Program-made: the position numbers and the translations under genes | Shown: positions 1 through 8,609 of the stretch, in pieces | Layout of the letters: each line of letters begins with the position of its first letter | Numbering within the stretch: position 1 is the stretch's first letter | From: an uncultured virus (IMG/VR IMGVR_UViG_3300005611_000020) | Lineage: Duplodnaviria; Heunggongvirae; Uroviricota; Caudoviricetes | DNA: 64,000 nt | Reading direction: 5' to 3' (one strand) | Virus record (IMG/VR): IMGVR_UViG_3300005611_000020 | Notes under the pieces: generated by a model | Databases searched by the model: none | What the model was told of the DNA's origin: nothing | Seen by the model: only the letters and a program-made list of their open reading frames with translations

Positions 1-287
1 AGATGAGCCATTAACAGAGTGTCATCAAGAGTTGACCAATTAAGAGGTACTCCAATTCGATCCATTCCGTGAGCATCGAATTTGGAGTTGTGAAGAACAA
101 GACTGTTCTTTCGAATGACTCTTTTGATTTCTACTTTGTCTCGCTTCGGAATCTCAGGTTGTCTCGTTAGTGGATTAACATCCCACTCCCACCACTGATT
201 TGATTTTCCGTCATAGGTTGTTACCAGAAAGGGCTTTGCTCCATGAAACAAATCGATGCCTGTTGTCTCTGTGTCGAAAGCAATCAC
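1..287 (-). CDS. DNA polymerase family A, N-terminal 3'-5' exonuclease part (runs off window start)
   Basis: Manual translation from GTG at 287 gives VIAFDTETTGIDLFHG...LVLHNSKFDAHG...DDTLLMAHL, with ExoI (DxE) and ExoII (HNxxFD) motifs. Not in the ORF track. Confidence 0.85.
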   Translation of the reverse strand, partial: MIAFDTETTGIDLFHGAKPFLVTTYDGKSNQWWEWDVNPLTRQPEIPKRDKVEIKRVIRKNSLVLHNSKFDAHGMDRIGVPLNWSTLDDTLLMAH

Positions 288-508
288 AATTTGATGTACC
301 CCTCAATATCCTTTTGAAGTGACTCATCCAGTTTGTCTACTTGCCTCAGCATAGAGTTTCTTGTGGACTCAGCAGAAGAACTGACTCGGATTGCTGGCAT
401 GTTTCTCAACAGAAGCCTGATTGAACCAAGAGCAATGTGACAGGCGTAAGAAGCTCTTGCTTCCATTGGTATCTTCAATTCAGGTTTCTTTGCTTTTCGT
501 ATTGGCAA
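284..508 (-). CDS. hypothetical protein
   Basis: 74-aa ORF whose stop overlaps the polymerase start (GTGA). Confidence 0.6.
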   Translation of the reverse strand: MPIRKAKKPELKIPMEARASYACHIALGSIRLLLRNMPAIRVSSSAESTRNSMLRQVDKLDESLQKDIEGYIKL

Positions 509-539
509 TTTTTATCTCCTACGTATGTAATCAACCAAG

Positions 540-758
540 TCATCTGGATGTTCGTTGTCGTCGACGTGTTTCAGCATTCAGTATCGCTTCGTTTCTATAG
601 TGTTCTCGACACCGTCCACAATTCTCAACATGTAATGTCTCACCACCTATGTCATACCATCGACGTTCAATTGAGTGCCACCAGACCTCAGCATGGCAGA
701 ACTTACACGTCTTAGGTTTGCCATCTTTCACGTTTACTTTTTGGAATACATCACTCAT
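540..758 (-). CDS. small hypothetical protein with CxxC...CxxC, possibly Zn-binding
   Basis: Start reassigned to MSDVFQK at 758 because the longer ORF overlaps a tRNA-like element. Contains CKFC and CGRC. Confidence 0.55.
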   Translation of the reverse strand: MSDVFQKVNVKDGKPKTCKFCHAEVWWHSIERRWYDIGGETLHVENCGRCREHYRNEAILNAETRRRQRTSR

Positions 759-800
759 AGACTCATTTCTCCAGTTCAAAACGTCATCATTTTTTCTGAG

Positions 801-873
801 TAGCTCTGACACGATTCGAACGTGCATCTCAAATGGTTAATCCCATTCGCTTTGCCAATTAAGCTACAGAGCC
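801..873 (-). tRNA. tRNA-like RNA with non-canonical anticodon arm (identity undetermined)
   Basis: Acceptor GGCTCTG/CAGAGCT, D arm GCTT-AATTGGCA-AAGC, T arm GCACG-TTCGAAT-CGTGT. Anticodon arm GAATGG-GATTAA-CCATTT has a 6-nt loop. No encoded CCA. Confidence 0.7.
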
Positions 874-1010
874 AAATAAGAGCATCACCAGTCAGCTTCT
901 GAGTCATTCCGGTGATGCTCAGAGGAGAATTCACACGACGGTGAATTAGAAGGTTTTCATAGTCTTTCTCCTTAAAAGGGGAACGTGATACATACAACAA
1001 AAAATGAGAG

Positions 1011-1169
1011 TCATTCAGACAGGATTCGAACCTGCACGCCATGCGTGTTTCTTGCACCACTGGACAGCAGCCATTAGCCAAAACGACCCGGCCTGCCCGC
1101 ATCCACAACAGGAAGCAAATTCACGGCTATCTATTCTCGAATAGCGTCTACCAATTCCGCCACTGAATG
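1011..1169 (-). ncRNA. tRNA-Leu-like ends enclosing a roughly 100-nt structured insert
   Basis: 5' CATTCAG-TGGCGGAATTGGTAGACGC and 3' GCAGG-TTCGAAT-CCTGT-CTGAATG-A. The acceptor helix extends to 13 bp (1006-1018 with 1163-1175). Confidence 0.7.
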
Positions 1170-1180
1170 ACTCTCCTAAA

Positions 1181-2107
1181 CTATTCTTCCCAGATCAGTT
1201 CATCAAAAGGAACTTCCTTATAGAGTTTACCTGCCTCATCTTTCACTGAGCAGATTTCTTTCTTTTCATTCACTGATGTAACAGTAACAGTGACAGGCTT
1301 CCTTTTCCCTTGAGGTTTATACTCACACTCATCGCCCTTTTCAGGAACGATAGTTTCTTCATCTTCATCATCAGATTCTTCATCATCATCATCTGACTCT
1401 TCTTCGTCTTCAGGCTCATCATCACTTTCTTCATCTTCGTCATCATATTCGTCATCATCTTCAACAACAGTCTTAGGCTTTTTACTTCGGCTGCTCTTGG
1501 CAGGTTTTTCTTCTACTACTTCTTCTACTTCATCATCCTCTTCTTCTACTTCATCATCCTCTTCCTCATCTTCATCCATCTCAACAATGCCGTTCCAGTT
1601 TTGCCATACACGAGGGTTTGGGAATCGCTCGGTAGCTGCTGACTGAGTCGTTGAAAATCGGAAGAATGGAGCAACTTCTTTCAGGTCAGAAGCCATTTCT
1701 TCCAGGTTTTCCAGTTCAGCGTCTTCAGTCTCAAGCCCCAGCTTTCGCATCTCGTTGAGGATAGCGGCAATGTGTTCTTCGACTGGAGTTTCTTTTCCAG
1801 CTTGTGTTTTTGTGTCACAAACAGGAATCATGATTTGAGTACGCAAACCCTTTGTTGGGATGTTGTCGACATTTGCATAATTGTCTTGAACAACTCCAGC
1901 AGCAAGGAAGTAGTATTCTCCTTCATAGTTGCCCGTCTTGTATTGGTCAAATTTGCATTCAACCAATTTGGCAATACCATTTTTGATACCGCCCGGAAGA
2001 TCGACAATCCCCATCTTTGTTTCATCACTGGCGTGAGCCTTGACTGCTTTAGCTCCTTTGCTTCCGAGTTTCGCTGCCAGTGAATTTGTTGCTGATTTCT
2101 TCGCCAT
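1181..2107 (-). CDS. putative single-stranded DNA-binding protein with long acidic linker and small C-terminal beta domain
   Basis: Lies next to a Sak4-like ATPase and an exonuclease; has a D/E-rich tract. Confidence 0.5.
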   Translation of the reverse strand: MAKKSATNSLAAKLGSKGAKAVKAHASDETKMGIVDLPGGIKNGIAKLVECKFDQYKTGNYEGEYYFLAAGVVQDNYANVDNIPTKGLRTQIMIPVCDTKTQAGKETPVEEHIAAILNEMRKLGLETEDAELENLEEMASDLKEVAPFFRFSTTQSAATERFPNPRVWQNWNGIVEMDEDEEEDDEVEEEDDEVEEVVEEKPAKSSRSKKPKTVVEDDDEYDDEDEESDDEPEDEEESDDDDEESDDEDEETIVPEKGDECEYKPQGKRKPVTVTVTSVNEKKEICSVKDEAGKLYKEVPFDELIWEE

Positions 2108-2295
2108 TACTCTGATTCCTTCTTGTTGTGGATTTTTTGAATTACTTCGTAAACTTCTTGACGATGCACGCCCATGCTTTTAGGTGCACTGATTCCTAAT
2201 CGGACTTTGTCACCTCTGATGTCAACGATCATAATCGAAATGTCTTCTCCGATTCTGATGATTTCATCTTTCTTCCTTGACAGTACAAGCATCAC
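2107..2295 (-). CDS. csrA: carbon storage regulator CsrA/RsmA
   Basis: MLVLSRKKDE.I.IG...VRLGISAPK..VHRQEVY signature. Confidence 0.95.
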   Translation of the reverse strand: MMLVLSRKKDEIIRIGEDISIMIVDIRGDKVRLGISAPKSMGVHRQEVYEVIQKIHNKKESE

Positions 2296-3155
2296 TACTC
2301 TCCATTGATCAGTGACATGATTTTGTCATAGCTTGGATTGACCATAACGTCCTCACTATGACCTCCAGGAATTCTGAATTTCACCGTTGAAACTCCATCA
2401 TCACCCACTCGCAAACAATACTCCACTCCTTTCCCTTTAATGGTTTTCGTGACTGTCTTACTTCCAACCCTCTTCTTTGTCTCTATCATTTTCGGACGTT
2501 TGAAGGTTTGAGCAATGTAGTCAGCACTTGGATTGAACCAGGCTCTAACTGACTTACTCATGGCAGAGTCTACATAAGGTTGGATGATGTCAGAATCCTC
2601 ATTCGAATTTTCTTCTGAGCTATCTGTTTCTTGAGCGACCGTGACCACGTTACAATCAAGAGACATAACATCCATCAGGATTCGTTTCATCTGAATAGAG
2701 CGTTGACCATAATCCTGAATCTTGGCCATTCCCCAAGCCATTTGAACTGGTATCTCATCCAATCCAAGAATCTCTGCAATCAACAATTCTTGAAGTCCTG
2801 TTAGATGGTCCAGAACTACCGTCTCAAATCTCCCTGTCCTTTGTTGTTCTCGAATCAACTCACCAATCTGAGATGACTCAGTAACAACGTGCTTCTTAAT
2901 CTCACTCCTTTTGTCTAGTGGTACACTTTTCAATTCTCCAGGCTTCCGACCGCCACTACAAATGATAGCAAGAATTGGTCCAGGGAATGAACTCCAAAGA
3001 GTTGTCTTACCCGTACCACTTCGCCCATAAACATGTAGCTTCAATCCCCCTTCATCTTCGTTACATTCTTTGAGTGTATCAAAGATGGATGAAGTCTTAG
3101 AACTGCTTCTCTTTTTTGTGGTAGTCTTTGCCTGCTGCTTACTGACTGTCGGCAT
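2295..3155 (-). CDS. AAA_24 / Sak4-like ATPase
   Basis: Walker A YGRSGTGKTT, Walker B TVVLDHLT. Confidence 0.8.
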   Translation of the reverse strand: MPTVSKQQAKTTTKKRSSSKTSSIFDTLKECNEDEGGLKLHVYGRSGTGKTTLWSSFPGPILAIICSGGRKPGELKSVPLDKRSEIKKHVVTESSQIGELIREQQRTGRFETVVLDHLTGLQELLIAEILGLDEIPVQMAWGMAKIQDYGQRSIQMKRILMDVMSLDCNVVTVAQETDSSEENSNEDSDIIQPYVDSAMSKSVRAWFNPSADYIAQTFKRPKMIETKKRVGSKTVTKTIKGKGVEYCLRVGDDGVSTVKFRIPGGHSEDVMVNPSYDKIMSLINGE

Positions 3156-3346
3156 TAGAAGTTGATCCTTTCTGCTTTTTCAAGTTGGGTAAAAAACACA
3201 TAAATGTCATACCCACCTTTTACATACGTTTTTGAGTCTCCCCCAATCACCATACAATTGACTCCAGTTTCTTTCAATCTCGGTTGATCAATAACGACTA
3301 CAACAGGACCATATTCAAGGCGAAACACATCAGCTCTTCCTATCAT
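3155..3346 (-). CDS. hypothetical protein
   Basis: 63-aa ORF with start/stop overlaps to both neighbours. Confidence 0.55.
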   Translation of the reverse strand: MIGRADVFRLEYGPVVVVIDQPRLKETGVNCMVIGGDSKTYVKGGYDIYVFFTQLEKAERINF

Positions 3347-4506
3347 TATTTACTCTCACTTTCTAATTCTGGAAACAGATTCTTGACTCTCTCCAATCCG
3401 ACCGTGTTACCTGTCAGAAGGTAGTTGTCGTAATCAGTCTCTCTGCCCTCAGTGAGTGGATTATAGATACCTGAAGGCATTCTGAAATGTAACCAACCAG
3501 GTTCCAACATTCTCATTGACTGATTGTTGAAATTATCCTTAATCACAAGAGAGTCGTACCAACAACAAAGTTGTTCCAATAAAGGATGAAAACACTGCTG
3601 TTTGAATCTTTCAATATCCTGCCCACTAACTTCTACCTTCCATCGCATGAAGAAGTATTCTGGCTCTGCTTCAATGTAATCAGTCTTCAAGCGATTGTAG
3701 AATTCTGAAGCTGTCTCTGCTGGAACATTCTTGCTTCCCTGCTTTTGTCGAATGCTTCCTTTTCCACCACTCAAGGGACGGCGAACAACGTTGTAACGAA
3801 CACCCTTAACCGGAAAAGAACTATAGGATGTTTCCCCTACAACAAACTCTCTCTTGTGAAATTCCTCAAGGGCAATCAGGTACATCATCGTCTGAAGATC
3901 AAATCCTGACTCAAGTTGTCGTCTCATTTTCTCTTCGTCGATATCTCCCTTGCTCTTGTTCTCCTGTAAGTAGATTCCTGCTGATTTTCCTTTACCAATC
4001 AGGTCAACAGAATCGAACTTACCCCGAAGCAATACTACTCGACCTGAAGGAAGCTCATAAGGTACTTTGAAATTTTCTTCCTGTAGTAAGGGAGTTCTGC
4101 TTTGAACATCTGCATGTTTAGACCAGAAGTCAACATAAACAGGAAACTGAATCTGGCACACGTTGTACCACTTAACAATCTCCTGTTGATCAGTGGGATA
4201 CTTCTTACAGAGACGAGCACAGTATTGGGTGAGGGGTTGAAGCCAGTCATTACCTGCCGCAAAGTGTTCCTCACAAATATGCCACATGTTGCCATATTCA
4301 AGACCTTTGTTGAACCTGTCTGCTGGCTTCAACCCCTCAATAACTTGAATTCGAAATCTCTCTCGACACACAAGAAACTTTGAGAGTAGAGATTGAGTAA
4401 TACCGTCAACTTCTGGACCCTTCCATGCTGAACCTGTGTTGATCTCTTTACCTCTGAGTTTACTCTTCAGAGTTGTCTTCTTTTGTCTCTTTTTCATTTG
4501 TTTCAC
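3346..4506 (-). CDS. PD-(D/E)XK exonuclease (Cas4/RecB-like)
   Basis: ITQS..SKFLVCRERF, YGNMWH, LRGKFDSVD...LQENKSK, LQTMMY. Confidence 0.8.
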   Translation of the reverse strand: MKQMKKRQKKTTLKSKLRGKEINTGSAWKGPEVDGITQSLLSKFLVCRERFRIQVIEGLKPADRFNKGLEYGNMWHICEEHFAAGNDWLQPLTQYCARLCKKYPTDQQEIVKWYNVCQIQFPVYVDFWSKHADVQSRTPLLQEENFKVPYELPSGRVVLLRGKFDSVDLIGKGKSAGIYLQENKSKGDIDEEKMRRQLESGFDLQTMMYLIALEEFHKREFVVGETSYSSFPVKGVRYNVVRRPLSGGKGSIRQKQGSKNVPAETASEFYNRLKTDYIEAEPEYFFMRWKVEVSGQDIERFKQQCFHPLLEQLCCWYDSLVIKDNFNNQSMRMLEPGWLHFRMPSGIYNPLTEGRETDYDNYLLTGNTVGLERVKNLFPELESESK

Positions 4507-5051
4507 CTAAGAAATGACCATTTAACCAAGCAATCCTGGCGATGCGTTTTGCATGTTCTTCTCTGTCTTCATTCTTTTCTGGTGATAAGCCACTTCCCTC
4601 GTCTTTCCACCATCTTTCAAAATGGCTAATGGCTTTTCTTGTTGAGTCATCAATCATTTGTTTCTCTCCTCAATCATGGCATCTGCAAAACGGTAAGCGA
4701 TCCTAGCCGACTCTTCAGGAATTACAGCTTCTCCACCCCGAACATTGCCAATAATCTCTGATAATGCTCGACCAGCGAAGTAGTCTCTGAGAGTCATACC
4801 AGGATGATCATCTGTTAGAGGTTCTTTTTGTGGGAATGCTGGTCCGCCTGTTTTGTCTTCAATCATTTTGAATCTCCTGTTTCATCTTCAACCATGTACT
4901 TTTCAAGTAACTGGATCTTCAAACACTCTAACACTCCCAGCTTTTCTATCAAGTTTGTACTTCCTGAGTGTAGAGCCTCATACATTACATCAAGCATCTC
5001 ACTCAGTGTTTCCTCTTTTTCATTTTTTGATTCGTTAATTGGTTGAATCAT
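4460..5051 (-). CDS. three small hypothetical proteins (4460-4657, 4654-4866, 4863-5051)
   Basis: ATGA-coupled ORFs. The middle one has the common phage motif GGPAFP...GMTLRDYFA. Confidence 0.6.
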
Positions 5052-5589
5052 TTTGAATCTCCTCGCTCAAATCTTGTAGGATGATGATTGCTTTTTGGAT
5101 AGCCAGACCTTTCTGGCTTACATCCATTCGTATGATTGACGCAGGGTGAGTGATTGTCTCAATCTCAGTCTCTGGGAAATCTTCTTTCTTCAGATACTTG
5201 GCAGGTAGTTTACCAACACAAACAATCGCTGAAGGTTGGCAAAGGGATATTACTTCATCAAGCCTTTCTCGACATTCCCTTATGCTTTTTTTGTCTGGCT
5301 CTTTCAGCTTGTTTCCATCTTCTCCAACAGGAATACAAGCAACCAGATTTGTGAAGGCTAGTCTTGTTGTCTCTGGTAGTGATTCTTTAATGATCCTATC
5401 CAGTAAGTGACCAGCAGGACCAATAAAAGGTTTTCCTAGTGAGTCTTCAGAAACTCCCGGAGCTTCACCAATAAAGAGGATGTCGCAAGGAATTTTACCC
5501 TTCAACAATACCACTTTATTTCTTGTCTTGCACAAATCGCATCTCTCGCAATCACTCCATTTCTTCTTGTGGTGCTTCCAAGTCATCAT
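5035..5589 (-). CDS. uracil-DNA glycosylase family 4 (Fe-S type)
   Basis: CERCDLC, LFIGEAPG..ED..GKPFIGPAG, TNLVAC, THPA motifs. Confidence 0.9.
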   Translation of the reverse strand: MMTWKHHKKKWSDCERCDLCKTRNKVVLLKGKIPCDILFIGEAPGVSEDSLGKPFIGPAGHLLDRIIKESLPETTRLAFTNLVACIPVGEDGNKLKEPDKKSIRECRERLDEVISLCQPSAIVCVGKLPAKYLKKEDFPETEIETITHPASIIRMDVSQKGLAIQKAIIILQDLSEEIQNDSTN

Positions 5590-6008
5590 CAAGTATTCTC
5601 CCAATCTGGATAACCAAATTCCTTCATAAGTTCTGCTACTTCTTTGCTAGCTTTTTTACCCCAATATCGAACGCCTTTCTCCATTCGTTTTGCTCCCAAC
5701 TCTACCAAATCCTCAACAGTCAAAGGAAAAATTTTATCATCAAAAATACTCCAAAGGTTCTCTTTCACTGCCCGCTTAACTTTCATCACATGGTTTGTCT
5801 TACTCCAAGGAAATTGTGTCACTCTTTCTTGGTTTACTTCTTGAAAGTTATTCACCATCCTTTCAATAACAAAATTCCTAAGAAGACTGATTTGATGATA
5901 AAGTATCTTTTCGTTCTTTAGGATTTCTTCTTTACAAATCCCATGATCACAAATTGAAGCACCATCCCTCAAAATGTCTTTCACTTGTTTTAATTCATCA
6001 TCAGTCAT
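5589..6008 (-). CDS. hypothetical protein
   Basis: 139-aa ORF within the operon. Confidence 0.55.
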   Translation of the reverse strand: MTDDELKQVKDILRDGASICDHGICKEEILKNEKILYHQISLLRNFVIERMVNNFQEVNQERVTQFPWSKTNHVMKVKRAVKENLWSIFDDKIFPLTVEDLVELGAKRMEKGVRYWGKKASKEVAELMKEFGYPDWENT

Positions 6009-6496
6009 TGTCTGATTCTCCTACAATACTCGGCAATTAGAAGAGCGTCACAGACTGCTCTTTGTTCTCCAAGAGTTCTTCCCCATACTGATTCCTGGGG
6101 AAAGAGTTGTTGTGCCTTCTGACGTAGCCGTTCTTTGAATTGAGGCTTTGTCTCACTCTTAGATCTTGGTGGTATGCTCAATCCCTTCTGCCAGGCTTGT
6201 GGTGTTATCTCTTCAAATGGGATTTGTGCTGCTGTTAAACAACCCCGAAGGAATCCATAGTTCTGACCAAAGGAGAACATAGACTTCACCCCTTGACCTG
6301 GCATTGAGTGTACCTTCTCAATAACGGCGAACACTCCCCCTTCTTTATTTTCTGCAAAGAGTGACCAACCATCTTTTTCAGTGTTTGGCATTCGGAAGCA
6401 TTCCACTTTCCTTCCTTGAATGACAGCAATTCCACCAGACTTACCGGGATCAATTCCGATGTAAGTCATCCTGTCTTTCACTACTTTAGGCATCAA
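6005..6496 (-). CDS. RuvC-like Holliday junction resolvase
   Basis: YIGIDPGKSGGIA, VIEKV, FSFGQNYG, DALLIAEY. Confidence 0.9.
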   Translation of the reverse strand: MMPKVVKDRMTYIGIDPGKSGGIAVIQGRKVECFRMPNTEKDGWSLFAENKEGGVFAVIEKVHSMPGQGVKSMFSFGQNYGFLRGCLTAAQIPFEEITPQAWQKGLSIPPRSKSETKPQFKERLRQKAQQLFPQESVWGRTLGEQRAVCDALLIAEYCRRIRQ

Positions 6497-7007
6497 CTTT
6501 CTCCAATATAAATCTTACATACTTTATAACTTCCACTCCAATGTGCCTGATTGCCTGACTGACATCTAGGGTTGAAACATACCAGTCACCTACTTCAGGT
6601 GTTCGGTATTCTCCAGTGAATCTGAAGCCTTCCGGCGGTGCCAGCTTTAGTGTCACTTCTTGCAAAACCGGTTTCTTTTTGAGAATCAGTCTAGGATTAT
6701 ACTGTCTGTTAAATCTCATGGGATTACCACCAGAACTTAAAAACCAATCATCTTCTTTTGGTATTCTGAACTCTCCTTGTAATTCAAACCCTTCAGGTAT
6801 CTCGCAATCAACAGTGACAGTTGGTTTTTCTTGCGTCTCTTCTGTCATTGGATTTTCTATTTCATCTAAATTGAGGAATAAACGTAGGGGATAGTCAGAC
6901 GTTATTGATCCATCAGAACCACAAAAGATATCCCCCTCTCTATGACCTCTCCAACTTAACACTTGGTAACCCTCAGGAACTTCCACTTCAATCATCTGCT
7001 TTGGCAT
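6486..7007 (-). CDS. hypothetical protein with three internal PEG[FY]...[FY]RxP repeats
   Basis: VPEGY, IPEGFELQGEFRIPKEDDW, PPEGFRFTGEYRTPEVGDW. Confidence 0.6.
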   Translation of the reverse strand: MPKQMIEVEVPEGYQVLSWRGHREGDIFCGSDGSITSDYPLRLFLNLDEIENPMTEETQEKPTVTVDCEIPEGFELQGEFRIPKEDDWFLSSGGNPMRFNRQYNPRLILKKKPVLQEVTLKLAPPEGFRFTGEYRTPEVGDWYVSTLDVSQAIRHIGVEVIKYVRFILEKVDA

Positions 7008-7010
7008 TAC

Positions 7011-8122
7011 TTATCCCCTTAATTCATCATCACGGATTAAAAGATTTAACCCTAACCATTCTTCACAAGTAGGAATTGAAAGACGATTGGAAACACCTTC
7101 CATCATCATAGCTGCTTCGAATTTTCTACTTGCTTCCAGCAGTATTGGACTGGGTAATTGTCTCTCTTCAAGTGAAGGGACAACAACATAACCTAGGACA
7201 TCAAATGTCTGATTACCTATTTGTAATTTCATGCTTGAGCAATTTCCCTTCTCTCTTTACAGAGGTTCTTTACTCTCATTGGAGCTGAATCAATCAACTC
7301 TTGAGGATCGGTACTTGTCTTCCAGACTTCTCTTCTGTTTCGTGAGAACAGTCTCCAAATCCTTTTAGCAAACGCCTCACATTCTTCTCCGGTTTCGAAT
7401 GGAAGATCATCGTTAGAACCTAGTGCCCAGCCAGAGCATTTATGAGTGAGCGTACACGGTCCAGACTTTCCTTTCAGATAAGAAATGCAAAGCACATTTT
7501 CTGTGAAAGAAAGAGGCTCCACGTATCTCTTCGAATCCCCTCTCTCAGTCACAATTTTTGATTTGACGATTTTTCTAGGCATCAATCCTCTAATTCAAAA
7601 AACTTTGTTGATGGTTGGAGTCTCATAGATGTTGAACACTTTCCATCTGCTGTTGAATGACTCACTTTTATTTCTGGGTAGAGTTTTCCTTGCAAGAATT
7701 TTCTGTAGTCAGAATCATGCTGTTTCTCTTCAGTTGATTTAATTTTCTTCAGTTCCTTCCTCTTAAAAATTGATTCACAGATTCTACAATGATCAGGACT
7801 GAAGAGAGCATTGACTCTTTGATCATCTGACAATGCCTTGTTGCAATAAACGCAATGAGAATTATTCATGCTTCAGGGTCACTTCCAAATCAGAACCAAT
7901 AAATTTGATGGAGACAGACAGGTCATCTCTTCGTGAGCACTTGTCACGAATCATCTGAGCCATACCATGAGTTTGAATCTGGAAGTCAACTCCCTGCTTC
8001 AAAACAAATGGACGTTTTCGGGAGAACCACTTCTCCCAGGGATACTTGCTCTGCTTGGCGTACTTTCGCTGTGTCATCGCTACTCCTGAATTTTGGGGAT
8101 GGAAATTCGAATTGTAACTCAC
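7011..8122 (-). CDS. four hypothetical proteins (7011-7232, 7229-7585, 7582-7869, 7862-8122)
   Basis: Chain of translationally coupled ORFs. Confidence 0.55.
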
Positions 8123-8319
8123 TCATGCAACTGAAAAAATCAAATAGGATTTTGAGAATGAAAACGCCACTGCGACGTTCGCTGCCTATTGATTAACTCA
8201 GGGTAAAAAGTATTCTGTACAGTTTACTTACCCTATCCTATAGGTTAGGGTGGTGGGTGGGCTTGGATAAGATATTCTTTTTATCTAGTTATTTAGATAA
8301 GAATAGAGAGTAGATTATC

Positions 8320-8496
8320 TTACTCACCTGTATCTTTAAGCCTTTCTCTTTCTAATTGATCTTCTAAGTCAGAAACTCTCTGAGATAGTTCTAGTCTATC
8401 TTCCAAGTCTCCTGATTCATTAGCCTCTTCAAGATCAATTCGAGCTGCATCAAGCTCTTCCATCAAATCTAAGATGGGATCAATCATCGTGGTCAT
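8320..8496 (-). CDS. small acidic coiled-coil protein
   Basis: AAGGAG RBS before the ATG at 8496; first gene behind the leftward promoter. Confidence 0.55.
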   Translation of the reverse strand: MTTMIDPILDLMEELDAARIDLEEANESGDLEDRLELSQRVSDLEDQLERERLKDTGE

Positions 8497-8517
8497 CTCC
8501 TTCAAAAACAGGTTCAG

Positions 8518-8585
8518 AAAACAGGGTTTACAGACGCAGTAGTAGTAGTTATAGTGTCTGGTTCATGTGTTGTAAACCCTGTTTT
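8518..8585. promoter_or_regulatory. symmetric bidirectional sigma70-like promoter within a 15-bp inverted repeat
   Basis: Plus strand TTTACA(8527)-N17-TATAGT(8550); minus strand TTTACA(8576)-N17-TATAAC(8553). Located at the strand switch. Confidence 0.65.
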
Positions 8586-8609
8586 TCTGAGTCAAACGGG
8601 AGATTGATC

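Noticed and set aside
776..1108. 110-aa ORF on the minus strand
   Set aside because: Overlaps both tRNA-like elements and has no protein-like features
1011..1169. tmRNA or group I intron-containing tRNA
   Set aside because: The insert is only about 100 nt, no tag ORF or group I core was seen, and a full D stem is present
1340..1580. TCA/TCT-rich repeats
   Set aside because: Simply encode the Asp/Glu linker of the SSB-like protein
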